Source: Desulfovibrionaceae bacterium (GTDB lineage Bacteria; Desulfobacterota; Desulfovibrionia; Desulfovibrionales; Desulfovibrionaceae). Taken from it: DNA of 64,000 nt. The DNA lies in NCBI GenBank assembly GCA_036541255.1, contig JAZHDD010000059.1:79196-143195 (forward strand). Reading direction: 5' to 3'. The notes beneath the pieces were generated by a model that saw nothing but the letters and a program-made list of their open reading frames with translations, did not search any database and was not told the DNA's origin. Below, one piece after another: positions 1-9,237 of the stretch (the stretch's first letter is position 1; each line of letters begins with the position of its first letter). Both the position numbers and the translations under genes were made by a program.

Positions 1-7
1 GAAATCT

Positions 8-36
8 AAGCCCTGAAGCAATTCAGGGCTTTTTCT
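8..36 (+). terminator. Rho-independent terminator of an upstream gene
   Basis: aagccctgaa-gcaa-ttcagggctt hairpin followed by a T-tract. Confidence 0.7.
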
Positions 37-297
37 TTGTCCCGTCACGGCCCGGGACGGATACGACTTAAGGGTAGGGTCTGCTGTCGGAGAAACATGC
101 GGCTAGCGGGGCAGCTTATCTGCTGCCTGTCTCAAAAATCATTCCTCTCTTTATTTTTCGGCTGCATCCCCTTAATCTCTTTTTGGTTGGGCATTCTCCT
201 GAGAGGTTGTACGAAAACAGCCAGTCTTGGTTTGTTTTGATAAACGTATTTTGGGGAACGGTTTTTTTTAATGTGTCAGGGCAAAGAGGGAGGACAA

Positions 298-1212
298 GTG
301 AGCGGTAAGGTTGATGTCATAATCAATGTTTGCGGGAAGGTGTATCAGACGGCCTTGGCATTACTGACGTTGGACAGAGTATCTGGACAACATATCGATA
401 AAATTTATTTCGTTGAAGAAAATACCACTTATCGCAATGTTGAAATGCACGGTGGGCACCATGAATATGTCCGGGAGAAATTGAAGGAAAAAATCGTCTA
501 TATGATGCCTTCGCAGTGGAATTATTGCTTCGACTTAGAGCGTGACAAGCTGAAATCTACAGAATACAGGCATTCTGTGCGTTATCAGTATGGCTGGGAG
601 TCGAGCGACAAAGATCACGTTTTGATCATACATAATGATGCAACGTTTCATGGAGATGTTGTCGGAGCCATGCTGAAGGCCATAGAAGACAATATTGCGA
701 TCGGTCACATCGGCCAGTGTTGGTATTGCCCGGCCGCTTTTACCGGAAAGTGTTCTTCGGAAACTTATACGGAGTATCGTCCTTCGTTCTCCGAGCTGCG
801 CAATCTGTACCGGAAGACCATTGCTCCGCAGGGGGAACTCATGCGGGCCTATCACTTGCCGCGAATGCATGAGATGTTTGAACGTCAACCGTGGCCGTTG
901 CCCGAGTGTAGAGTCAATGAATGGTGCGCGCTCGTGAATATGAAGAAAGCACGAGCAATCACCGTCCCCACTGGCAGTGTTACGCCGTTTGGGGCAATCA
1001 TCAACGTGGGCAAGCAGATTCTTGATGTGGGGTGCCAATGGTTCAGGGATGTCCACATCCGGGGATTTACATGCAAACATTTCGACATCTATGAATATAT
1101 GCATCATGATGTCCCGCCTACCGGGCAGCCCACGCTTATTGACAAGGATCGTTATCAAGTCAAGGAAATGGAGGCGTTGGAACGATTGAGAAACGATTTT
1201 GGACACCCGTGA
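298..1212 (+). CDS. Hypothetical protein, possible GT-A-like glycosyltransferase fold
   Basis: Long ORF; GGAGG RBS before GTG at 298; N-terminal VDVIIN strand and LIIHND segment resemble GT2-type enzymes; CWYC and ECRVNEWC motifs. Confidence 0.6.
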   Translation: MSGKVDVIINVCGKVYQTALALLTLDRVSGQHIDKIYFVEENTTYRNVEMHGGHHEYVREKLKEKIVYMMPSQWNYCFDLERDKLKSTEYRHSVRYQYGWESSDKDHVLIIHNDATFHGDVVGAMLKAIEDNIAIGHIGQCWYCPAAFTGKCSSETYTEYRPSFSELRNLYRKTIAPQGELMRAYHLPRMHEMFERQPWPLPECRVNEWCALVNMKKARAITVPTGSVTPFGAIINVGKQILDVGCQWFRDVHIRGFTCKHFDIYEYMHHDVPPTGQPTLIDKDRYQVKEMEALERLRNDFGHP

Positions 1213-1313
1213 TCCGTTGCATTGGCGAGAGGCTTTTTCAGCCTTGACTGTGCGTACGGGAGCGCGTAGATAAAGCGATCCGGCGATAGGCCGGTATGTG
1301 TAAGTGTAATGCT

Positions 1314-1404
1314 CAGGGAAGCCGGGTGGCGGTTGCGTCGTGAACCCCGTCAGGCCCGAAAGGGAGCAGCGGTAACGGTTGTTGCCGGGTGCCTGGCTTC
1401 CCTG
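1314..1404 (+). ncRNA. ffs: Signal recognition particle RNA (4.5S, small bacterial SRP)
   Basis: Domain IV motif GTCAGGCCCGAAAGGGAGCAGC inside a long hairpin closed by CAGGGAAGCC/GGCTTCCCTG; TTGACT-17-TAGATA upstream (1244-1272). Confidence 0.93.
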
Positions 1405-1510
1405 AAAAGCGCGTCTCGATCCGAAAGGATAGACGCGCTTTTTTTGTGGTTATTGAAAGCACAAAATGTATTCGTTTCATCCTCCAATTCAACGAAAACA
1501 AGATTGGTGA

Positions 1511-1539
1511 TTGACGCGTGTTATTGGTTTGGATAACGT
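1511..1539 (+). promoter_or_regulatory. sigma70-type promoter for the DUF4198 gene
   Basis: TTGACG-17 nt-TAACGT. Confidence 0.55.
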
Positions 1540-1580
1540 GTGAAAATACTAATTAATGGTATCCCGAACTGGAGGTGGGT

Positions 1581-2327
1581 ATGAAACGGTTATCGTTGGC
1601 TTGCGTTGCTGCGGCTTTGGTTCTTATGCTTTGTTCCAGCGCCATGGCGCATTTTGGAATGGTCATCCCCGACAAGGACGAGGTCCTGCAGGATGACAAG
1701 AATATCCATTTGGCCCTTTCTTTTTCTCATCCTTTTGAAGGCATTGGGATGAATTTGGTCAAGCCGGAAAAATTTGATGTATATTTTGAAGGTAAAGCCA
1801 CCAATCTTCTTGGCAGCCTGAAAGAAACCAAAATAATGGATCATATGGCCTGGGGAGCGGATTACAAAGTGACACGTCCGGGCATGTATACGTTCGTGAT
1901 GGAGCCGAAACCCTATCCTGAACCAGCCGAAGACAACTATATCATTCATTATACGAAGGTTGTCGTGGATGCATTCGAGGGCGGCGAAGAATGGAATCAG
2001 CCCTTGGGCATCAAGACCGAGATCGTTCCGCTGACCCGTCCTTTTGGCAACTATGCGGGGAATGTCTTCCAGGGGTTGGTGCTGGTTGATGGCAAGGCCG
2101 TTCCGTATGCCCGCGTCGAGGTTGAATTCTACAATAAGGACAAATCCCGCGAAGCTCCCAATGGCCGTATGATTACGCAGGAAGTCCTGTGCGACGGCAA
2201 TGGTGTGTTTACCTTTGCCTGTCCCTGGCAGGGGTGGTGGGGGTTTGCTGCATTGACCGACGCCGACTACCAGATTGAAGGCAAGGTGGTGGAGTTGGGC
2301 GCGGTGCTTTGGATGGAAATGAAGTAA
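1581..2327 (+). CDS. DUF4198 family periplasmic protein (Ni/Co uptake-associated)
   Basis: Signal peptide ending AMA-HFGM (N-terminal His), SFSHPFE, EIVPLTRP and GWWGFAAL motifs; GGAGG RBS. Confidence 0.85.
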   Translation: MKRLSLACVAAALVLMLCSSAMAHFGMVIPDKDEVLQDDKNIHLALSFSHPFEGIGMNLVKPEKFDVYFEGKATNLLGSLKETKIMDHMAWGADYKVTRPGMYTFVMEPKPYPEPAEDNYIIHYTKVVVDAFEGGEEWNQPLGIKTEIVPLTRPFGNYAGNVFQGLVLVDGKAVPYARVEVEFYNKDKSREAPNGRMITQEVLCDGNGVFTFACPWQGWWGFAALTDADYQIEGKVVELGAVLWMEMK

Positions 2328-2346
2328 TCATAGCCAGTTGGTGATT

Positions 2347-2375
2347 AAAAAAACCCGGCCTTGGCCGGGTTTTTT
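2347..2375. terminator. Bidirectional intrinsic terminator
   Basis: AAAAAAACCCGGCC-TT-GGCCGGGTTTTTT between convergent genes. Confidence 0.85.
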
Positions 2376-2389
2376 CTTGGACAGCACGC

Positions 2390-2803
2390 TTAACTGGCCT
2401 GCTCGCGGGATATGATGAGTTGTTCTTCCCAGGATTCAAGAAGCAGAGGCTCATGGATTGGTTCTGGATAAGGTTCAAGAAATTCCAGGTCGGATTCGCT
2501 TTCATGGAGCAATCGAAGAATGTCGGGGACGATTTCATCAGGGAATGCCCCGATCATGCCGCCTATAAACCCTCCAACGCAAGCACTGAGCGCGCAATAC
2601 GGATGTGCTCCTATAAGTGCTTGTCCAAGAATGGCGACAAGTGAACCAAACAAAGCTCCTATGAGTGATCCATCGTTGGATTGCCCCATATATGCTTTTA
2701 GCCCACGAAAAACTCGAAGAGCATTCTTGATAAAGAATCCTGTAAAGCTTCCTAAAAAGGCCGTAGTGCCGAGCAGTATCAAGCCTGAGAAGAAGTTATA
2801 CAT
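2390..2803 (-). CDS. Hypothetical Gly-rich membrane protein (start uncertain, may extend to 2929)
   Basis: Three hydrophobic segments with GxxxG repeats (GSLIGALFG, GGFIGGMIG) and an acidic C-terminal tail. Confidence 0.55.
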   Translation of the reverse strand: MYNFFSGLILLGTTAFLGSFTGFFIKNALRVFRGLKAYMGQSNDGSLIGALFGSLVAILGQALIGAHPYCALSACVGGFIGGMIGAFPDEIVPDILRLLHESESDLEFLEPYPEPIHEPLLLESWEEQLIISREQAS

Positions 2804-3162
2804 AATGGATTGATGCAGCCAGTGGTATTCAACAATGCCGGACAAGCCTCCTGTAAGCAATAACCCATAAAAACATCTTTGTCGGACAAGGGTGAAATCA
2901 CGCATTCTTCCTCCTGGCATATTTCGCAATCTTTTGGGGAGGGAGCAGCATTGTTGGCGTCATTTCTTGGTTGCCACAATGGTGATACGCTTCCTTCATT
3001 GGTCTCATCGGCAATTCCACCATATTGTTTATGTTTACTTTTGCCTTAAAGAACTGTAAGTGTTTTTTCCAGTTGCAAGGCTCATGTGGGCATTATTTTG
3101 AGTGAGAAGTTGTTTTAAACCCCTGAAGCGTGACGGCTTAAGGGCATGTGGAAGAGTGTCCA

Positions 3163-4443
3163 ATGAAGAAAGTTTGTATTTCAATTATTGTGGTCCTTGG
3201 AATGTGGGCACTCACTTTCTCGCTGGTTAAACCGAATTCTGCCCAGGCCGCAGGCTTTGGCTTGTATGAGTGGAGCGCGCGTGGAAACTCCATGGGCGGA
3301 GCGCTGGTAGCCACACAAAATCCTGATGCCTCCACTGTCGCCTTCAATCCCGCGGCCATGACAATGATTGACGAAACCGAAACCTTGCTTGGCGCTTCGT
3401 TCATTTCTCCCTCTGTGACGGTCGCCATTGATGGTGTGGATACCGTGACCGAAGATCAGACGTTTATCGTGCCGCACGCCTATTATGTGAACCAGATCGG
3501 AGAACGAGTCTGGTTTGGTTTTGGCACCTATACCCGCTTTGGTTTGGGCAATGAGTATGATCGCGATTGGCAGGGCAATGATCGCCTGTACAAGGTTGAT
3601 TTCCAGTCCTCCTCCATCAGCCCCACTTTGGCATTCAAGGTCACTGACGATCTTTCCGTGGGACTGGGGGCGGAGCTTTTCCTCGCGGCCATTGAGATCC
3701 GCCGCTTTTTGACCTCTGCCACCCTTGGCGGAATTTCTTCCGACATGGAGATGAAAACCTGGGGTCAGGCCATCGGCGCAAACCTTTCCGCGTACTATAC
3801 CTTCAATGACGAATGGGCTCTCGGTTTCATGTATCGGTCGGGTATGCGTCTGCATGGTGACGGCAACGTCAATTTGGAGGGCCCGCTGGCAAGCCACCCG
3901 GCCGTTCGCTGGGACAGCGGAGACATGAGCATGGATGCCAACGTTCCTGGCAGTTGGACCCTCGGACTTTCCTACACACCGTTCGAAGAGCTGGCCATGG
4001 AGTTGGATGTCGTCCGCACAGACTGGAGTTCCTACAAGACGTTTGGTTTCAGCTTCAACCCGGAGACCAATCTGCCCGACTCCATCCAGGAAAAAATGTA
4101 TAAGGATGTGTACCGGGTGCAGTTCGGCGTGGAATATTCCCCGCTGGATTGGATGACCGTACGCGGCGGCTACATCTTTGATCAGAGCCCGATTCGTGAT
4201 GGCTATGAAGATTATATGCTGCCTTCCAATGACCGCCAGCTTTTCAGCACCGGCCTTGGCTTCGCTTACGGGGATTGGACCCTGGATACTTCCTACACCT
4301 ACATTGTCGCCAAAGAGCGCAACAACATGTCGCATCTGACCAATCTTGGTGGTCCTCTGGGGCTGGGCGGTGGTGGTTCGGATGTTGATTTCAAGGACGG
4401 CACCGTGCACATCTTCGGCGCGAGTGTTGGCTACAAATTCTAA
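3163..4443 (+). CDS. OmpP1/FadL family outer-membrane transporter
   Basis: Signal peptide, AGFGLYE hatch, NPA motif (FNPAAMT), C-terminal YKF. Confidence 0.93.
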   Translation: MKKVCISIIVVLGMWALTFSLVKPNSAQAAGFGLYEWSARGNSMGGALVATQNPDASTVAFNPAAMTMIDETETLLGASFISPSVTVAIDGVDTVTEDQTFIVPHAYYVNQIGERVWFGFGTYTRFGLGNEYDRDWQGNDRLYKVDFQSSSISPTLAFKVTDDLSVGLGAELFLAAIEIRRFLTSATLGGISSDMEMKTWGQAIGANLSAYYTFNDEWALGFMYRSGMRLHGDGNVNLEGPLASHPAVRWDSGDMSMDANVPGSWTLGLSYTPFEELAMELDVVRTDWSSYKTFGFSFNPETNLPDSIQEKMYKDVYRVQFGVEYSPLDWMTVRGGYIFDQSPIRDGYEDYMLPSNDRQLFSTGLGFAYGDWTLDTSYTYIVAKERNNMSHLTNLGGPLGLGGGGSDVDFKDGTVHIFGASVGYKF

Positions 4444-4469
4444 CTTTCTCTCTATTCTTCCGCTTCAGT

Positions 4470-4497
4470 AAAGGCTCCTCTTTTGAGGAGCCTTTTT
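4470..4497 (+). terminator. Intrinsic terminator after the fadL-like gene
   Basis: AAAGGCTCCTC-TTTT-GAGGAGCCTTTTT. Confidence 0.85.
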
Positions 4498-4592
4498 CGC
4501 GTCTTGACCTTGCCGCATGGCATATGAAACACATTCAAAACGCGTTATTTTGGTTCAGCAGTATTGTTGACTCGAGTCGGCAGGGAGCCTCA

Positions 4593-5321
4593 GTGATCCA
4601 TATTCATCAAGTATCATTTTCGTATTCCGGGAACGTTGCCGTCCTGGACAATATCTCTTTGCATCTTGAACCGGGGGGGGTGCACATTCTTGCCGGGGCC
4701 AACGGGAGTGGAAAATCTACCTTGCTCGCACTTATGGCTGGCTTGTATCTCCCCAAAGCAGGTTGGATCGGGATTGACGGGAAAAAGGGAGAAGCCATTC
4801 GTGATCTGGGGCGATTGGTTTTGCAGGAATCGGATTTACAAATTCTCGGTGCAACGCCTGCGGAAGATTTACTTTTGGGGTGCGAGGAAAAGTCGGAAAA
4901 CGTGACAGAGGCGCGAGCAATGGCGGACCTTTTTCAACTGCTCGATTATTGGGATAAGCCCGTGCAAACATTGTCCGGCGGCATGAAACGCAAACTCTGT
5001 CTGGCAGCGGCGTTGCTGGACCGGCCACAGGTTCTGTTGCTTGACGAGCCGTTGAGCGGTCTTGATTATCCCGCTGTGTGCGAGATGCGCAGAATTCTTC
5101 GCCGTCAGGGGCAAGAGGGCATGACGCAGGTTGTTGCCGTGCATGATCTGGATCCGGTCATCGATTTGGCTGACACGCTGACTGTGCTCGCCTCCGGGCG
5201 ATTGGTTTTGCATGGTTCGCCTGAAACAGTGCTGGCTCATGTACGCGAATACGGAGTTCGTCCGCCTGCCACTTGGCAGGCGGGGTTGGGGATTCGCGCC
5301 TGGGATGAGGATGATGTTTGA
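4593..5321 (+). CDS. ECF-type ABC transporter ATPase (CbiO/BioM-like)
   Basis: Walker A GANGSGKST, signature LSGGMKRK, Walker B LLLDEP; GGGAG before GTG at 4593. Confidence 0.85.
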   Translation: MIHIHQVSFSYSGNVAVLDNISLHLEPGGVHILAGANGSGKSTLLALMAGLYLPKAGWIGIDGKKGEAIRDLGRLVLQESDLQILGATPAEDLLLGCEEKSENVTEARAMADLFQLLDYWDKPVQTLSGGMKRKLCLAAALLDRPQVLLLDEPLSGLDYPAVCEMRRILRRQGQEGMTQVVAVHDLDPVIDLADTLTVLASGRLVLHGSPETVLAHVREYGVRPPATWQAGLGIRAWDEDDV

Positions 5322-6015
5322 ATTTGCGGGCCGGACCGATCCACGTCTTAAGCTGCTTTTGGCTTTGCTGCTGGGCGTATTGATTTGGCGGGCGGGATGG
5401 CTCGGTGTCGCAGTGTACGCCATGGGATTGGGTACGTTTGTCGTGCAGGGGCGTGATCGCCTCTCCGGTGGTATGCGGATAGTACGAACCTACATTGTTT
5501 TTGTGCTCTTTTGGACCGCAGCCAAGTGTCTTGTGGATATATGGGGAGCATATTCTGTCGAGGATGCGCTGTTCAATGGCTTGCTGCTTGGTGAGCGTGT
5601 TGCTTGCCTGCTTCTTCTTGGAATGGCTCTCGGCGTGAGCACTTCCGCTCCAGCCCTTGGCCGAGGGTTGACAGCATTGTTGCGTCCCATTTTAGGGCGT
5701 CGACATTCCTGGAAAATTGCATTGGCCTTTTCTCTTATGGTACATTATTTGCCAATGATGTGGCGCTCTTTGGACCAGATACGAGCAATTGTAAAGCGAC
5801 GTTGTCCGAATCTCTCTGTATGCAAGCGTGTGTTGCTGCTGGCCCAGGCTCTACTTCGAAGCATGGGACAAAAAACATGGGATCAATCTTTGGCGGTTGC
5901 GGCGCGAAACATGGATCATGCCAGGGCGTGGCAATGCAGTTTTGCTTTCCGGTGGCGTGAATGGACAGGCGGGGCAGTCTTGGCTGTCGGGTTAGTGGCT
6001 CTTACGATGCTCTAG
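5311..6015 (+). CDS. ECF transporter T component (CbiQ/BioN-like)
   Basis: N-terminal DPRLK, several TM helices, C-terminal xRx motifs (KRR, AARN); overlaps the ATPase stop. Confidence 0.75.
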   Translation: MMFEFAGRTDPRLKLLLALLLGVLIWRAGWLGVAVYAMGLGTFVVQGRDRLSGGMRIVRTYIVFVLFWTAAKCLVDIWGAYSVEDALFNGLLLGERVACLLLLGMALGVSTSAPALGRGLTALLRPILGRRHSWKIALAFSLMVHYLPMMWRSLDQIRAIVKRRCPNLSVCKRVLLLAQALLRSMGQKTWDQSLAVAARNMDHARAWQCSFAFRWREWTGGAVLAVGLVALTML

Positions 6016-6414
6016 GGAGAGCATGACCAAAACCGTTAGGCTGAGTGTGCTGATTATGCCGTCGCGAATAAGCGACCAGAGCATCTCCGGTTCCGCGGTC
6101 GGGTCTGTGCTGAAGCAGCCGCAGGCAACATCCAGTCCCCGCATATAATTGAATCCGAGCGCCACAAGAAATACCGCCATGAGTACCGTGGTAAGCAGGG
6201 CAGCACCGCGTGCGCAAAGGTTCAAAATCAGGGCGATGCCGCAAATGAATTCCAGCCAGGGGAGCAATAGTGCGGCAGGATTGACAAAAAGCTCAGGGAG
6301 TATCTTGTAATTACTGATGATTTGGGCAAACGCCTCTGGATGCTGGAGTTTGTCGAAACTGGCCAGTAAAAAGACAATGCCAAGAAGATTCCGCAACAAA
6401 GAAGAGTGGTTCAC
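5992..6414 (-). CDS. MauE/DoxX family membrane protein
   Basis: LPWLE and GLDVACGCF motifs, 4 TM helices; GTG overlaps the upstream TGA. Confidence 0.85.
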   Translation of the reverse strand: MNHSSLLRNLLGIVFLLASFDKLQHPEAFAQIISNYKILPELFVNPAALLLPWLEFICGIALILNLCARGAALLTTVLMAVFLVALGFNYMRGLDVACGCFSTDPTAEPEMLWSLIRDGIISTLSLTVLVMLSLEHRKSH

Positions 6415-6869
6415 TTTCCAGCCTCCAACAGTCCCCCGACCTGAAACCAGCCTTTCAAGCCTTCGGGCATGACTACCAGTTCCACTCCGCGCTCGCGCAA
6501 CAGCACAAGCAGGTTTTCCGCCATGGCACACTCCCTGCTGTCGCAATAGAGGATGAGGCGCAAGGGGTGCGTCCCCTTTTTGACTTCGGAGTACGGAATG
6601 TTCACCGCGCCGCTGACATGCCCATCTGCAAATTCTGCCCGGCTGCGGGCGTCAATGAACAGGGTGGGGCCGTCAATGGCGGCCTGCATGGCTTGGGCAG
6701 GGGAGAGTGTGTTTATGGACGCCTGTTGCGGGATAGACGGATCTGATGACCGTGAAAGAGGAAGGCTGTCCGATCGAAAGTGGTTGGACGCCAATGCCAA
6801 TGTCGTTGAAAAGAACAGGAGAAAGAGGGCTTCCCAAAGGAATGCTCCCCAGCGTCTTTTTTTTTGCAT
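6411..6869 (-). CDS. Membrane-anchored rhodanese-like protein
   Basis: N-terminal TM; FIDAR..EF..GHVSGAVNIP, LILYCDSREC and GLKGW motifs. Confidence 0.8.
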   Translation of the reverse strand: MQKKRRWGAFLWEALFLLFFSTTLALASNHFRSDSLPLSRSSDPSIPQQASINTLSPAQAMQAAIDGPTLFIDARSRAEFADGHVSGAVNIPYSEVKKGTHPLRLILYCDSRECAMAENLLVLLRERGVELVVMPEGLKGWFQVGGLLEAGK

Positions 6870-6965
6870 AGCCATCACTGCTTGTTGCGTTTACTATCGA
6901 AGGCAAAGTTTTACGCCACGGCTTACCGTTTGGCAACGCCAAGTCGGAAAGTCAGGGGAGGCGCC

Positions 6966-7790
6966 ATGCAGCAAATGGATACGGGAAATGTAAAAAAAAT
7001 GCTCGACGAGGCTCGTCCGGGCGAATTGGATGTCTTGGATGTACGACAGGAATGGGAATACGAGGAGTTTCATCTCCCTGGAGCGATTCTGGTTCCCTTG
7101 CCGGAATTGCCGGACAAGATGGCGGGACTGCATCGTGAGCGGAGAATTTTGGTGTATTGCCGTTCCGGCAACCGCAGCATGGCGGCGGCCTCTCTTCTGG
7201 AGAGTCATGGCTTTCGTGATGTCGTGAATATGGATGGTGGCATGAGTGCCTGGCAAGGGGCCACAGCCGTGGAAGGTGTGTTGAGCGGTATGGAATTTTT
7301 CCCGAAGATAATGGAAACAGCCGATGTGTATCGTTTTGGGTATGGCATGGAGCGTGTCTTGGAAGCTTTTTATCGGCGTATGGCCGAAATAGCTCCCACC
7401 AGAGAAAGTGCGGATCTTTTTCAGACGCTGGCCGGCTTTGAGGAAGCGCATATGCGTAGTTTGTATATCCGCTATGGCCGGACCAGCGAGTCACCCCTCC
7501 CGCGTGAAGAGTTCGAGAAGCAAGCGCTTGCCGAGACAGGTGAAGGCGGCCGCGACCCAGAAGCCTACTTTGCCGACAGTCTTACTTCTCTTGTCGATTT
7601 GCGTGGCATTGTGGAAACGTCAATGATGATTGAAGCGCAGGCGCTGGATTATTATCAACGTTGTGCGCGGCAACCGGAACATGCCGATAGTGCGGAAGTC
7701 TTGCTGGTGCTTGCGCGTGAAGAACAGGGGCATTTGCGCATGTTGGGAAATTATCTTAAGAAATCAGCTGAAAGTAGTAATTTTTTATAG
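6966..7790 (+). CDS. Rhodanese + ferritin/rubrerythrin-like two-domain protein
   Basis: LDVRQEWEY..HLPGA, YCRSGNRS active loop; C-terminal half with E..FY/EEAH and E..YY/EEQGH di-iron motifs. Confidence 0.85.
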   Translation: MQQMDTGNVKKMLDEARPGELDVLDVRQEWEYEEFHLPGAILVPLPELPDKMAGLHRERRILVYCRSGNRSMAAASLLESHGFRDVVNMDGGMSAWQGATAVEGVLSGMEFFPKIMETADVYRFGYGMERVLEAFYRRMAEIAPTRESADLFQTLAGFEEAHMRSLYIRYGRTSESPLPREEFEKQALAETGEGGRDPEAYFADSLTSLVDLRGIVETSMMIEAQALDYYQRCARQPEHADSAEVLLVLAREEQGHLRMLGNYLKKSAESSNFL

Positions 7791-7801
7791 AAGGAAGAAC
7801 C

Positions 7802-8443
7802 ATGGACGTATCCATTGGTGTCAATGTGCTCATGGAATCCATGGGAGCGGCGGATCGCGTGAAATGCGTCCTTCAGGGGTACAGTCGCGACGAGTATCTC
7901 ATCCTGCGCCTTCCTCTTACAGCCGGTATTCGTGCACGCGTTCCCGATGGAGCATTACTGACCTTTCGTTATTTGAACCGTGGAAAACTGATTTCCTTTC
8001 GCGCCAATGTGATGCGTTATCTTGCCGTGCCTTTTTCGCTGTTGTTTGTGACCTATCCCAAAAGATTCGAAGCCCATGACCTGCGCAGTGAGGAACGGCT
8101 TTTTTGTCATTTTCCAGCTACCTTGCGTCGGGGGCAAAAGGTCTTCCACGGGCTGATGCTTGATTTGAGCCATGGCGGCTGCCGCTTTTTCCCTGATGTG
8201 GAACAGAATCGTGCGCCCTTCAATTTGCGTATCAGCGATGTGGTCAAAGGGGAGTTTCGATTACCCAACGGCAGCCCGCTTGAATTCCGAGGCAAGATAA
8301 CCGCACTGGAAGGACATCCGCCGCATACCGTGGGGCTGCGCTTTCCGCAGGGGGATAGCCCGCTCAGCGGCGAACTGCTGACGTATATGGACGAAGTCCA
8401 TAACTTGCGGGAACGGATGTTTGAACGGGGTGGAGTGGGTTAA
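7802..8443 (+). CDS. Flagellar-brake (YcgR-like) PilZ domain protein
   Basis: RSEER (RxxxR) and DLSHGG (DxSxxG) c-di-GMP motifs after an N-terminal domain. Confidence 0.85.
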   Translation: MDVSIGVNVLMESMGAADRVKCVLQGYSRDEYLILRLPLTAGIRARVPDGALLTFRYLNRGKLISFRANVMRYLAVPFSLLFVTYPKRFEAHDLRSEERLFCHFPATLRRGQKVFHGLMLDLSHGGCRFFPDVEQNRAPFNLRISDVVKGEFRLPNGSPLEFRGKITALEGHPPHTVGLRFPQGDSPLSGELLTYMDEVHNLRERMFERGGVG

Positions 8444-9183
8444 GCGCGGAAACAGGCAAGGTATTCCTGGTTTCCCTTGGGGCCTTTGATCGCGGATGGA
8501 GTAACTCCCGCGCAGGTCAGGCGCATTTCTCGTTCTACAAAATCAAGTACTTTTTGTATGGCTTCCTGACGATGCGCTTCCTCGCGTACAACACCTTTGC
8601 GGTTTTTTTCCGGTCCCAGCTCAAATTGTGGTTTGATCAGGGCCACGATGCAGCCTCCCGGTTTCAGGAAGCGGATGCAGGAGGGCAGGATCAGTGTCAG
8701 GGAGATGAAGGAGACATCGATTACCACGAGGTCAACAGGTTCCGGCAGCAAATTGTCCGGGGCATGACGCAGATTGGTATTCTCCATGCTCACCACGCGT
8801 GAGTCGGCGCGGAGACGTTCGTGTAATTGCAGAGTGCCCACGTCCACCGCATAGACCTTGGAAGCGCCGTGTTGGAGCAGGCAGTCCGTGAATCCTCCTG
8901 TGGACGCTCCCGCATCCAAGCAGACCGAATCGCGGACATCCAGCTGGAAATGTTCCATGGCTGTGAGGAGCTTCCAGCCTCCACGACTGACAAAACGTTC
9001 GGCCTGTTTCAGTTCCAGTATGTCGTCTTCACGTAACTGTTGCCCGGGCTTGTCCACGGGCACGGCTTCGCTGCCCGACACCAGCAGTACCTGACCGGCC
9101 ATGATCAGGCGTTTGGCCTTTTCCCGGCTGTCTGCAAGGCCCTGACTGAAGAGAAGTTGGTCGGCGCGTACTTTTGCGGCCAT
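8440..9183 (-). CDS. tlyA: TlyA family rRNA 2'-O-methyltransferase
   Basis: S4 domain, FVSRGGWKL, DAGASTGGFTD, DVSFISL, KPQFE, GNQEY. Confidence 0.95.
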   Translation of the reverse strand: MAAKVRADQLLFSQGLADSREKAKRLIMAGQVLLVSGSEAVPVDKPGQQLREDDILELKQAERFVSRGGWKLLTAMEHFQLDVRDSVCLDAGASTGGFTDCLLQHGASKVYAVDVGTLQLHERLRADSRVVSMENTNLRHAPDNLLPEPVDLVVIDVSFISLTLILPSCIRFLKPGGCIVALIKPQFELGPEKNRKGVVREEAHRQEAIQKVLDFVEREMRLTCAGVTPSAIKGPKGNQEYLACFRA

Positions 9184-9203
9184 GTGTTTCCTTGGCGGCG
9201 AAA

Positions 9204-9237
9204 CAGGATGCCCCGTTATTCAGGATGCCCCGTTATT
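9204..9237. repeat. Perfect 17-bp tandem duplication spanning the thrC stop codon
   Basis: CAGGATGCCCCGTTATT twice (9204-9220, 9221-9237). Confidence 0.95.

Noticed and set aside
1309-1536. Short ORFs over 1309-1536
   Set aside because: They overlap the SRP RNA and the downstream promoter.
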